A DNA stretch of 63,840 nucleotides, the filler included, from Phoronis australis (lineage: Eukaryota; Animalia; Phoronida): assembly GCA_002633005.1 (NCBI GenBank). It is 9 parts of 9 records of this genome, joined end to end, with 100 filler letters (N's around TTAATTAATTAA, not from the genome) between each part and the next. Parts side by side here need not be neighbours in the genome. Positions count along the whole stretch, not along the records: positions 27,516 to 52,929 come from NMRA01000525.1; positions 53,030 to 55,756 come from NMRA01000099.1; positions 55,857 to 62,232 come from NMRA01002170.1; positions 62,333 to 63,840 come from NMRA01000463.1; 5 more parts are not named here. One strand, given 5' to 3'. Below, one piece after another: positions 49,929 through 62,474 of the stretch. The translations under genes and the position numbers were made by a program. Every line of letters starts with the position of its first letter. Within the stretch, counting starts at the first letter, position 1. The notes below the pieces were generated by a model. That model was given only the letters and a program-made list of their open reading frames with translations. It did not search any database and was not told the origin of the DNA.

Positions 49929-52079
49929 CAAAGGTGCATGAATAGTGTTTTCTTATTTCCAGTTCGAATACCTGTAATTTCCAAATAAAAACTAATTTCC
50001 GAGATTTCGAGTTGTTTTAAGCTTGACGCAATCACCTCTGTCGTAACCAGAAGTATTCAACAGGGGGCCAAATCGGGGGAAATTGTTAACGGACGGCAAC
50101 CTGCGGCACTTCGCTATTAACGAGGAAACAAACGCAAAATATATTGAGTTTCGACCGGGCAAGTCTTATTTGGCAGTGCCAGTCTCTGATATCCCAAACT
50201 GTCTGAGTAAAACAATGGGTTGACTTGACATTTATACAACCCGTAGTATCGAAGTCATGAAGTGGCATAGAACGTGACTAAATTGCATTATTCACAGTCA
50301 CGTGGTTCTTTTCCACTAAAACAGTGGTCAAACTGTTTACCAGGTATTTTTACTGTTTTTTTTGTCGTAAAAATTGTTGAGTTTCTGCTGATGTCAAAGC
50401 ATTTTACCCTTATTTTTAAATTTCAAAAAAGTTCTGCCAACTGCTAGCCAGATTTGTCCCGCTAGGCAAAGCACGTCTCCTCCTAGTGGGTACGGCAAAA
50501 CATAGACGTAACAAATGGAAAATGTGACCTTTGTCCTTATATGTAAAAAAACAACGTCGAGTCACTATATAGCAGCAACCAATCCGACTTTTTGAACGCC
50601 GCCATTTTTTCTAGAACTTCTCGAAATTTTCAAAGTGAATAACTCTCACGTTAGCATCCCCAAGAAATAAATTCGACACGATCTGTTTAAAAGCAGGAAA
50701 ATTTACGAGATTTTGCGTCCCACTGATGGGCCTTTTATGCTGATGAAATTTGAGTGAGTCAGTAGGTAGTGTGTCAGTCAATTTGCTTGTTTAGTTAGGC
50801 GTTATTTTGACTTATGAACCCAGATTTACGTAGCGCCGTAAATTACTAAACACTTCTAACATTCCTTACCAAGTGATCATGGAGCCCCAGAGTCTCGTAA
50901 TCATTGTCACTTCCCGGGCGGCGGAGTGATGGGTAGAACCGTTGTTGAAAAACATTGATTAATCCTAACATAATTTGGTAAAAAATTCAAGTGATCAGTT
51001 AAATTACCCCTCCCCCGGATACCTGAATCGCCGCCGGGGAAACAGCTCCAAACTTTTGGAAGTGATATGTGACTAATACCGGGGTTTTCCGTCGATAGGC
51101 CTAAGCCCACCCGATGAAACGCCCATTGGCGTTTATTCAGAAAATTATGCCGAATAAATGCCCATGGGCGTTTATTTGGTGCTACAACTTCTGGTGTCAA
51201 GTATCCAGATAGTGGGGCGTTGACGCGGAAAATTTCCTCTTAAAAGCCCACTCTCAGTCAACTTTTCGTCACAAGTTCAGTTTGATGGAGAAATTATCAT
51301 TTTTAGAAACGAACAAGGTGTTAGCGAACTGTGTACTTGTTAACATAAAATTTAAAATCACAGTTTTAGGTAAAAAATGTCAAAGTCAGCAAAACTATAA
51401 CTTTCCGTTTACACGCCCCCCTTTTCCGAATAAACGCCCATTTTGTGTTACTAAAACGCCTGAAAATTTTCATTTTCCGAACACACGCCCATGGGCATTT
51501 CTGTTTTTATTTATGCATAGACGGATTTGGGGGGGCAGGGAGCCCGGTTCCCCCCCCCCCTTGGCTGCCGCAAAAAATCAAACACCAAGAGCGTAGGGAA
51601 ATGCTGAGTTTATTAATTAAACCCGGTAATTGAAATTATACGGATGAAACAAGATTTAAATGCGTGCAGTTTTAGTGTTGGGGGGAGGTGCTCAGATCCA
51701 ATTTCAAGTGTCAAATTCGGAACACGGCGCAATCGTAACGGAGCTATGGCTAAGTGCAGGCTCTCCCGCGATATCCCAGGCGACCAGCAGCGGCGCTGCG
51801 CACTACGACTCCGTTTCCGTCGTCTGCGCCACTGTGCAATGAAGAAAATTAATTCATTTTTTAACGAAAATGGAACCTGAGTGAAAAAAATGATAAAACA
51901 GAAGCTGCTGCTAATGTCAATTTTAATCGAAGCCTTAGTGAATCACTCAGAAACTCTGAATTCTCTCTTTGTCAAACCTCATCTTAAGACGATTTCCCAA
52001 AGCAATCCCGTCATTATTGCCAACACTAAAAACGGATTTGGTCTTTTGGCCAATTGAAGACTATTTTAAATACAACAAA

Positions 52080-52457
52080 TTTGTTACGAACCGATTGCAC
52101 AAAGTATAAAATGTGTAATAAGCATTACAAAAAGAAATAGGATTCGCGCGCAAACGCTGTGGACCATAAACAAGTAGGTCTCTTAGTAGCAATTTAGGAG
52201 TTAAATTGTGGTGGTGTAGTGGTAAAGCACGCGCGCTCTATTCGCCAGGTCATGAGTTAGGAGACTGTTAGAATGTGGTATTTGCAGTTTTTCCTGTTTG
52301 ACACGTTCTCCGTGTTTTTTTTTTTTTTTTTTTGCCTTTTTTTCTTGGATAATACTTCAGGAATCCAGGAAAACGTTTGATTTTTAGAGGAAAAAACAGA
52401 AAAATTTCCAGGGCGGGGGGCAAACCACCCTTCCGACCTCTACAGATTCGCAACTCC
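52080..52457. repeat. Dispersed repeat with a tRNA-like A box; inverted copy at ~53680-54025
   Basis: Reverse-complement match. GGTGGTGTAGTGGTAA is present in both copies. Confidence 0.7.
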
Positions 52458-52843
52458 GGCATATTCTTACGAGCTGAGTTGACCTCTCCTGACCTATCTG
52501 CTGCAGTTTCAGGTCAGTTTTAATTTGACGAGAAATACCTGCATCTACTTTACTGTCCAAAACAGCGAAAAAACATTAATTTATATTAATTTCGGTATTG
52601 AAACGCTCTTCAAAATCTTTCAATAGTAGAAGTGTTGGTATTGTGAGTACTTTTGGCAATGCTACTGGTAATTAATTTCAAAATTCAAACTTCGGTTCCG
52701 ACCCTTTATGTCGTCTGCTTGCCCAATAGCAGCATAGTTATCGGACAGTTTTTGATTTACGGTTCACATAGGCCTACTGAGAAAACTACGAAAGCGTGTT
52801 TATAAATCAACATTCTCAAGTGAGCAGTTCTTCTGGGCAGTGT

Positions 52844-52910
52844 TGAGTGGCCCTTAAAAGGGCCGTTGGTTGTAGGTATAGCGTGAAATGGTTCTTAAAA
52901 GAACCGTTGA
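52844..52910 (-). terminator. Two tandem histone-type 3' stem-loops
   Basis: Minus strand: CAAC-GGTTCT-TTTA-AGAACC (52905-52890), then CCAAC-GGCCCT-TTTA-AGGGCC-ACTCA (52864-52849), followed by purine-rich CAGAAGAACTG. Confidence 0.75.
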
Positions 52911-53029
52911 ATAATTCAACATAAATCACNNNNNNNNNNNNNNNNNNNNNNNNNNNNNNNNNNNNNNNNNNNNTTAATTAATTAANNNNNNNNNNNNNNN
53001 NNNNNNNNNNNNNNNNNNNNNNNNNNNNN

Positions 53030-53172
53030 AAGAATTACCTCACCATGCTCTTTTCCCCAAACATGTATTACCTGTTATTTCCACACATTCAGTTGTACCA
53101 AATATTACAACCCCCCATGCCAATCCCCCCTCGAGACCTGAATAAGTAATTTAACAAAATGACTTTAAAAAT
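53030..53172 (+). repeat. Dispersed repeat matching ~34328-34450
   Basis: aagaattacctcaccatgctcttttccccaaacatgtattacctg...gactttaaaaata is shared. Confidence 0.8.
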
Positions 53173-55229
53173 AGCTGTTCCTTTCCAAAGGCTTTGTTCA
53201 TTGTCTCCAATATTGAAAGTAGGCTTTGACAACAGATCTGCACTGGATGGTTAGCTGGAGTCAAATGCTAAAAACCAATTTTTGTCCATTCAGGGACGGT
53301 GCAGAAGCGATGCATATCCCCTCTGCACGGTACAAGCCTTCAAACCTAAAAACCAAAGGTTACGTGAAAACTGATGTGATAGATTTCGATTTCAACGTGT
53401 AACAGATTTCCAGAAGACATATGATAGGGAGTAAACAAATACTAGTCTAATGCAATGGATATTTATCACTCACGTACCCTTTGCCATTGGGATTGGATTG
53501 TAATCTTACTGACTCATTAACCTGTATCGAGTTGACAACATAAACATTCAGCATTGATTGATGCAGTGGCGGATCTAGGATATCACAAGGGGGGGGGCAA
53601 CATTTTGTCCGGCTGTAAGCATTTGCGCAAATTGAACCACGATTGTAGATGCGTATAGCACCGAATGGGGGGAGGTCGGGAGGGGGGCAAACCCCCTCCC
53701 GCTCAGGAAATTTTTCTGTTTTTACCTCTAAAAATCAAGCATTTTCCTTGATTCCTGAAGTATTATCCAAGAAAAAATGAAAAAAAAAAACAAAACTCGG
53801 AGAACGCGTCAAACAGGAAAAAGTGAACGTACCAAAGACTCGCACTCACGACCTGGCGGACAGAGAGCGGGTGCGTTACCACTACACCACCACGATTTAA
53901 CTACAAATCTTATACTAAAAGACATAATTGTTTATGGTCCACAGCGTTTGCGCGCGAAACCTACTTCTTTTCGTAATGCTTATTACACGTTTTATATTTT
54001 GTGCCATCAATTGTTAACACATTTGTCGTATAGTCCGGTTACCTATCGTCGTCAGGCTCCAAAGGTCGTCCGCCATCTTGTTTCGCGTGCAGCGCAACCA
54101 CGCGGGACTTAGCGTTCCAATTTGGAGTGCTCGTCTGCACGTTAGGTACTATAACCTCTCGGGAGAAACACGCATAGAAAAAGTGAGACTAAAATTAGTG
54201 CATTTACCGACTGTTTTTTTGAGACCACTTAAAAACTTGTCGATTTTACTAATGCACTTTTTTGTTCATTTTCAGAAGATATTTTCGAAATTAAATTTTC
54301 TTCAGACGGAACAAAAAGCAACTCAGGGATTGTCTATGCATTGTATCTATTTGTCCCAGGCACTAACCGACACCTGTTAGGCCAAAGGAAAAACGCAGCA
54401 GACAAATGAAATACGCTGGGTGCTTAACAGTTTCGACCCACTCCTTGGTCATCAAAACATTGTCCACTTGTTTTTTTATTGCAAAACATTGTACTGAGCT
54501 CGACATTTATGTTGACATTTTTGATTAAAGCATTTTGAATTTATTTGAAGAAAATTAAAATACTTGTAGTCGTTCAGGTAATGCACTTTTCAATTGGTAC
54601 ATAGACGTTTACAGTCACTTGTGATCGATGTTTTACCGTATTTATCGTAATCTATTTTGCCGGGGTACGCCACGAGCTATGTTGCAGAGTAAAACAAGAG
54701 GAGGATTGCGAATAATGTCATTTATTATGACGTAAATAGAAAGAACCAAATAAGATTCTGCAAGATGGGCATGGAAAAAACGCCATAATGGCAGTATGGG
54801 AATACTGACATCGCCCATCCGAGGAAGCCTAACCCGGGCAATAACAAGGCCGGTAGACTATGAAGAAATATAGGTACTACTAGCGGTGTAACTGAAAACT
54901 AGAACACACAATCTAGGATATACAAAACTAGAATATAAAAAGTAGCATAATGCAACAATGTCTGTAAAGGTAACTAGAGCTAATGACTAGAAATTGCAAA
55001 GCCTGCAACTACAGAGCTGTGGCCGCAGGCTGCGAACGGGAGGAGGTCGGTTGCAACAACAGATCTGGCCTTGGGGGCTGAAACCACAGACCCAGAGTAG
55101 TGGGAGGGGCTGAAAGCTGAAAAGCAAAGTGAGAGACATGGGGAGCTGCAACAACAGGCTCACTAGGAGTTCAGGAAGCCTGGGGAAAAGGAAAAAGCAG
55201 ACTTGCGAATGCATTTTGTTTTAGTGTTA

Positions 55230-55756
55230 ATCAGATTTCCAGCGCCTCATGCGCTGAATCATCGGTTCAGGGACGCCACGGCTGGCCGCTGATGTGGCCG
55301 CGCCAATGCGAAAGCTATGTGACTTATAAGACTTTGTGTCGAGGTCTACAAAGGAAAGCACTTTATTAGTTAACATGGAGTTGAATCAGGAACGTGTAAC
55401 CGGTGATCCACTGAGGTGTTGGAACAGGGGGCCTGGAGAGGGCAGAAAAGTAGAAAAGCACAAGGTTAGGGCAGCTACAGGGCAATGGGGGAGATTGAAT
55501 GGACGGAATCGTAAGTGAGACTGGTTCCGAGCTGTGCTTGAAAGTACGCATAGTGATGACCAACGAATCGCCAGAGGCTGGGAAGACGACGTCGCTGACC
55601 GATATGACATGGGAGGAGAGCGAGGAGGTGGCCGTGATTTCACGAACTCTGAAGAAGGTATGGAAGGCTAGGAGGAACAGGGCACATGCGAGAACCGAGT
55701 CGGCAAAAAACCGAGTGCAGACGGGCAGGCGTCAAACAAGCGGTGAAGCAAAGCTG
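55230..55756 (-). mobile_element. DIRS-group (Ngaro/PAT-like) tyrosine recombinase remnant, cut by spacer
   Basis: LAFH.FFRV.E, ITMR.FKH, CPVAAL, GPLF....GSPVTR and YKSHSFRIGAAT.AA..G....IQRM.RWKSD, with stops and frameshifts. Confidence 0.88.
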
Positions 55757-56036
55757 NNNNNNNNNNNNNNNNNNNNNNNNNNNNNNNNNNNNNNNNNNNN
55801 TTAATTAATTAANNNNNNNNNNNNNNNNNNNNNNNNNNNNNNNNNNNNNNNNNNNNAGGGAACGCTTATCTGCGGTTATAGTTGAGTGATAACAGCACAA
55901 TATACCTGCTACTGTATACATCGTTCTTGCTTAGCGCCGCTTTAGTCCATGTGAATGGTTTTGTTTTACCTCTGTGTAGGCTTATTGTTTGTTCATTATA
56001 AAGGATTTTCCTAACTGTTGGCCCCACTATCACCCA

Positions 56037-57749
56037 TTTTTATGCGCCCACCTATTTATATGTGGACGCATTATGCCGGGCGTCCGTCGGCATCCGTCCG
56101 GCGTCCTGCACCCGCTGCTCTGTCTCCAAAACCCTTTGACAAACATTCATAAAATTTGGCACATGTGTTCCTTTCATGGATGGCACGACATGAGCGAACT
56201 TTCTTAACGGATCCGACCACCGATGTGGCAATTTTAGTTTTTACGCTTACCTCTATGTCTTCAAAGGTCCTCAACGTATTTTCATAAAATTTGCAAAATA
56301 TGCATCTATTAGTGAGATGACGCTTTCGGATGGATTCGACGAAGTTTGCGCTACTTAGTGGCCATTTTTTGCTGTTTTCGAGTCTGTTTTTAGTGTCTAC
56401 CCTCTATCAACCAAACTGCTCTAAGAATAATTGTGAATATTGGCATGTATGTTCTTATTATGAAGACGACGGCTGACGATGATTTCGTCTTCTGTGGCGC
56501 TCCTAGTGGCATTTTTGCGTCCATGGCTGTATCTCCTAAACCGTTTGCAGGATCTTTAAATTAAGCAAATGTATTTATATGATGTTGATAATGGATGACG
56601 ACGACTTTCGGATACATCTGACTACTGGTGTGGCCCTTAGTGGCAATTTCAGTTTTTTACGTTTACCTCTTCAAATGTCCTCAACGTATTGTCATAAAAT
56701 TTGGCGTATAGGCATCTCCTAGTCAGATGACGCTATCATCCCGTTTTCGGATGGATTTGACATAGTTTGTGCCACCTAGTGGCCATTTTTGCTGTTCTTG
56801 AGTCTGTTTTTGGCGTCCACCCCTGTATCAATCAAACGGCCCTAAGTATGATTGTGAGAATTGACATGTATTTTCTTGCTATGAAGAGGACAGCTGAAGA
56901 TGATTTTCCGGCGATTTCGTCTACTGTGGCGCCTCCTAGTGGCAGTTTTTTTTGCGCCCATGGCTGTATCGCTTAAACCCTTTGCAGGTTCTTTGTTAAA
57001 TTTAGCTAGTGTATTTATATTATGTTCACAACGAATGACAACAACTTTCGGACGGATCTGACTACCAGTGTGCCACGTAGTGGCAATTTTATAGTCCTTT
57101 TTGTTTACTTCTGTATCTTCAAAGGTCCTCAGATTTTAAGATAATTTGGCGTATAGGCATCTATTGGTGAGATGATGCTATCCTCCTGTTTTCGGATGGA
57201 ATCGAGGTACTTTGCGCCTCCTAGAAGCCATTTTTCTTGTTTTCGTGTTTGTTTTTTGGCGTCACCCGTCGATCAACCAAACCATTCTCAAGGTGATTTT
57301 TAAAATTGGCGTGTATGTTCTGAGTGTGAAGAGGGCGGTTGACTGTAACGAATTCGACTACTGTGGCACCCCGTAGTGGTAGTTTTGTTTTGTTTTGTTT
57401 TGCGCCATAGATGCATCTCTTTAAAACACTGCATGATCTTTATTAAATTTAGTAATTGTATTTTTATGAACCTAACAACAAATGATGTTTTTCAGGCCGA
57501 TCCAATGAACGCTGTGCCCATATAGGGCAATTTTATTTCTTCTGTTTTCCTTCGTTTCTCTGAAGTTCCTTGACTGATATTTATGAAATTTAAAGGGTTT
57601 AAAGAAGCGATGGCATTTTCCCGTTTTCATATGAATTTGATTTTTGCGCCATCTGGTGGCTATTTTTGTGAAACAAATAATCGACCCTAGAAGCACACCG
57701 TTAGCGGTGCATTTGTGGGCGCATTTCAACGCTCCGCGTTGCTTTTGTT
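56037..57749 (+). mobile_element. Complete HINE/Helentron-type non-autonomous element with internal ~150-bp repeat array
   Basis: Left end TTTTT-ATGCGCCCAC plus IR and GTCC repeats. Right end subTIR GTGGGCGCAT (57715-57724), hairpin CAACGC-TCC-GCGTTG (57727-57741), then CTTTTGTT. Confidence 0.82.
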
Positions 57750-59479
57750 CCTTTACCTATAAAGTGCTATCCAGAACGCCAGTAGTTTCCCAGTAACTCA
57801 ATCCACTAAAAAAGATCCAGCGCGTGACTGTTCTCATTACTGTTGGTAGTGTTGCAAGCAAAATAGTGTTAGCGAAAACGCCAGCGTTTAGCCAGCACGT
57901 GAACCGGGTATTAGTGAACACTGTCAGGATCAAAAAATACGGATTATGCTCCCACATTAGTTCTCAACGGGCATGCGCGGCTCATTGTCCGCCCGACATT
58001 GTTCACGGACATGAGGCCCGTGTGCCTCAATATGGCTGTGAGTCCCTACCAGAATTTGACACTTAGCAGACGGTTTGTTCTGTTTATGAGTCGGTAACCG
58101 GAATTTTGTAAGCACGCCAGTTACTGATATCTCTATTTCACTCAACAGTACTACGGCACGCATTAAGATGCGTTTCGTTGTACTGTTGTGTCCACCCCTT
58201 GAAAGTTCGAACCAATATTTTCTGTAGACGGCGCAGAACTTAAGAGAATAGACGTACTTTAATATTTTGCTTCCGCTTTGTGCCTTTTAAGTATTGGTAA
58301 GCCTGCACTAGCGAGACCCGCGCATGAACATATAGCTTCAGATCAATACACAACACATTTATGTGTCCGTGTGCTTCATAACATGTGCGACTTATGGAAA
58401 CTGTATTTCTTTATATCCAAAGAGTGAGTTGGACGACGTTCAGTTGTAAACAAGATTTTTAGCCAATAAATGGGCAGTTACTCTTGTTGTAAATAGTGAT
58501 ACACTTGTGTGTTTTTAGTGGTCGTAAAACAGCTTTCTATTTGTCAATTACAGATTTTGTTTCATTTTCTTTTCCTCTATGAAAACATAAGCCACTTATG
58601 CGGAATCCTCCGTCAGTTTGAAGCAGCCGTCGTGTGTTTTTGATTCAGTACGTGACAAATAAGTAAACGTGATACAGACATCACATACAACGTCAGAGAG
58701 AAGCAACCATTACAACTTAACGAGGCAAATATCACAGGGGCCATTGTTAACTGTAGGTGTCGCTGTAGATACACGGAATAGTTGTATGCCCTATCTCGGC
58801 TTGATATGTTGCGTTAGAAGTATTACGTTAAAACATGTCTTATTGGTATGGGAACACCCAGCTTTTTGTCGAACGGGAGACGTTACACCCAAAATCGCCC
58901 GACGGCGTATTTTCGTTTCTTATAAGTCGAAAGAACAATTTCGGGTGCCTCAAAACTCCATGAAACGTTCCGTTTTTTCATTTTAGACGAACAAGAAAAT
59001 AATGCTATGGTGGGTGCGAAATTACAGTAGTATATGATTATAGGCCAATGTTACCGAGTGTCAAAAAGCGGGACATTTTGATGGTGTGGCGGGATGACGG
59101 GGAACATTTTTTAAAAAGTGTGACAGTCTTCAAAGAGCCAGACAATTGACAATAACAATGTAAGTTGTCAGCTACACAAGGTATTGGATTAGAGTTTTTA
59201 CAAGCTAACCACTGTTTATATTTGATCTCACTGGTATAAGTAAATACTATAGATAACATTCACTGCTCAGAACGTATCTGGGCAACAGGTAAGTATTGCG
59301 GAAAATAATGAGTTATTATAGAAACAATTTAAAACAGTCATAGATAGATATCAATGACTCCTGTCAAAAGTACACTCACATGATAAAAAGCATAATCAGT
59401 GTCTTTCCAGTCTTGTTCGATACCACTATAAAATCGTAAAGATATGAACAATAATTATTGTACTTAAGTACGCACTGGT

Positions 59480-61040
59480 ATTACCTATTTATCTAAAATT
59501 AAATGGCAGTTCCTGGCAATCAATCGCAAATCTCTCACATTTTCAGAAGACATCAGGGAGAAATACTTTTCTTCATCATTTAAAGATGAAAGATTGACAT
59601 GCGATCTAAGGTCAAGGTCAGCTGAGCACTGGATTAAAACTTGAACTTCGTCTTCAACTACCACACTCTTGTAATGGTTACAGGCCACAGTATCTTCCTA
59701 GCTCAACCCCAGTGGGAGCAGTACCTGACCTGAAAACAGCTAGAACCCTTTGTTCCCCCGAGACCCAGAGTTGACTGTTTCTGTATAGCTTGTTTTCTGG
59801 CCCCTGTCTTACACCCTGCTCACTTTTGACCTTGGTCAAAGTCAACCACACTACCACAGCAACTGTTCATTTGCACAAAGGTTTTCATTTCATGACCTTA
59901 CACTAAGTCCAGTTTACTGGTGTTCCTATATTCTGAGATAACCACTAACACTATGGCACCGATTTTTAACATCCAGTCACAACTCATTGTGTCGCTCATG
60001 CCTTGTTAAAACAAGCCTGCACCAAAACTGAATAACACTAAGCCACCGCCTATGATCAGGAGTTTTCCAGCTCATGTCCCCCAACATAGCAGCCTTGGTC
60101 GCTGTCTTAGACACTCCCATGAAAAACCTCTGGGCCCTGTGATAGACTGTGTTAATTAATATGACTGAATCCCAGATGACCCCATATAAGACAGACATAA
60201 TCCAGTATTGACTGTACCAAAGCATCAAAAAGTGTAGAGAATACATGTAAGGAATACCACCGCAAATGTTATACTTTGCTGACAATAAGCAGGCCAAAAA
60301 CACTTTTTGATGACTGAGCAAAAGCCTTAGACTTTAATTCCGATGTAAGTGTTCACTAAGCCATAGACCTAGATATTTGTATTCGTCTTTCACTTCAATA
60401 GGAAAATTACCACATTTGAAAACAGTTAGTGAGCGAGGAATACTTGACTTTCTAAACTGAGCCAGGTATTTAACTCAGCATATTCTTCATTTCACTCACA
60501 TTATTGGTTATCAAAGCCATATCACCCGCCATATCACCCGCCATATGTAAGGGTGTGGACCATGCTGTTATTTACCATAACCCGCACTGTGACCTTTTCA
60601 TTTCATCCATCAAGTCATTGACACAAATATTAATTGAATTTGGTCGCAAAAGACACCCCTGTTTGACCTCTCTTCTAACGTCAAACTTAGAAGTCAGACA
60701 AGAAGCACCACCCTGAACCCTTACAGAGCATGATACGTTAGTTTAAGGCATAAATTCATTTATCCTCTGACCCTCACACTCGCCACCTTAAATCTCGAAA
60801 TTTCCCGTCTAATGAATCAAACGCCGTCTTTACGTCGACGAAACGCACAACCATGGGCCGCCTTATTTGTATTTTGTTTTCCATCATAGAGGTCAGGGAG
60901 AAAATGTGATCAACACAATTACGCTACTGTCTGAAACCATTTTGCACCTGCGATATGATTTTGTTTTCCTCTAACCAGGTGCCTCACCTGTTGGATAAAA
61001 TGTAACGGTAAACTTTATTAACATGACATAGCAGGGTTAT
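59480..61040 (-). mobile_element. Degenerate non-LTR retrotransposon RT and C-terminal region (clade uncertain)
   Basis: QNGFR..RNCVDHIFSL, FVDVKTAFDS, VKQGCLL.P, KYLGL, AQRFFMGV...LGDMSW and VEDE...LIQC. Confidence 0.85.
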
Positions 61041-61159
61041 TAATAATTGATGCAAACACAAACACACATCTGCTAGGAGGCGCTAAACTTTTCATGTGTA
61101 ATCGTAGAATACTCAGAATACGAAAGTCACTTCTTACCGTATAATACAGTAACATGATT

Positions 61160-61410
61160 TTAACACCCAAAAATGTCTCGTTGAAAAATTCCTAGTGTGA
61201 TAGGTTGTTGAAAATGGTTCTATGACTGGAGGTGAAAAGACATCAGAGGCCAGACTATTCCCAATATCCGGCCAGGGTCCCGGGTTGTTTGCGTACAAAG
61301 AATGACAAATTTTGCGGGGGAAATCGCTGCTCGTCAAATGAAACTGAAACAATAAAATTAGGCTTGATTTGATTACTGCAGCACTCATCAAAACTCAGTC
61401 GAGCAGACAG
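61160..61410 (+). repeat. Dispersed repeat matching ~40075-40390
   Basis: ccaaaaatgtct.gttgaaaaa.tcctag...aaattaggctt.atttgat is shared. Confidence 0.7.
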
Positions 61411-61612
61411 TGGGAAATTCATAATGCAAACTGTTGCGGCCAGTCTTGGGGTCCCAGGCTCTAACAATGGAATATATTGGACACGTGCAGGAGTTGACAT
61501 TCTGTGGCAGGAGTTTTGTGGTTATTTCAAGTGAACGGTCTGTCCTTTGTTATCTTCTGTTGGAGATTGTTTGTTACTGTTGTTTTGTTTTTGCAGATCT
61601 CGACCTATCAAG

Positions 61613-61721
61613 ATGGCGTACGGAAACTTACGAAGAGCCGGCATTGCACATCTCATTTTTGGAATTCTATCTCTTATTGTTGGCATCTCGTTGGTCGCCG
61701 TTACTTTTAGTGGAGGCAGCA
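61613..61721 (+). CDS. First coding exon of an MS4A/CD20-like membrane protein (MAYGNLRRAGIAHLIFGILSLIVGISLVAVTFSGGS)
   Basis: Strong acceptor tttgtttttgcag (61596), caagATGG context, TM helix G.A.LI.GILS..VG and donor A|gtaagt. Confidence 0.6.
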
Positions 61722-62332
61722 GTAAGTCAATAATTAGTAAGATACTAAAGTGATGTTTAGTGCTTTGAATTTTTGTTGTCAGAGAAAATATGACAATGAT
61801 AGATTTGTCTGTCTTCCGAAATATGTGATTATAAAATTGTTATAGAATGAATGTTCTGCTCAATATTTGAAGAGACCATACGTCTGTGTGCCATTAGGAT
61901 AGTATTACCGGTGTTGGTGTTTTCGCCTCAAACACATCATGTCAACTGTTTTTGTTCAGTGACTGTTCTTGTAACTTTAGAATCAGTAACGGATCCCAGT
62001 CGAATGGACATGTCATTATCCTTGGGTTTCATTGATCTCGTATGGGAGAAAGTCTAAGCACAGCTACGAAGGTTAACGCCCAAAGTTCGGAAGACTTTAA
62101 TGAACTGAAGGGAAGATTTGAAAACTTTGGAAGTCTCAAAAACAAAGTTTACTTTATACCACTTATCAATATGAGATTGGTTTCAAATATTTCCTTAATC
62201 AAATTTGCGGTGATTTCAGGGAAAGTACTTACNNNNNNNNNNNNNNNNNNNNNNNNNNNNNNNNNNNNNNNNNNNNTTAATTAATTAANNNNNNNNNNNN
62301 NNNNNNNNNNNNNNNNNNNNNNNNNNNNNNNN

Positions 62333-62364
<32 letters not shown>

Positions 62365-62396
62365 CATACCACTGACATTATTCTGTTGAGAGGTAT

Positions 62397-62471
<75 letters not shown>
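62333..62471 (+). repeat. (TA)n and (TC)n(TA)n microsatellites
   Basis: Direct observation. Confidence 0.95.

Positions 62472-62474
<3 letters not shown>

Noticed and set aside
51230-51258. Third histone-like hairpin (ctcttaaaagcccactc)
   Set aside because: The stem does not pair.
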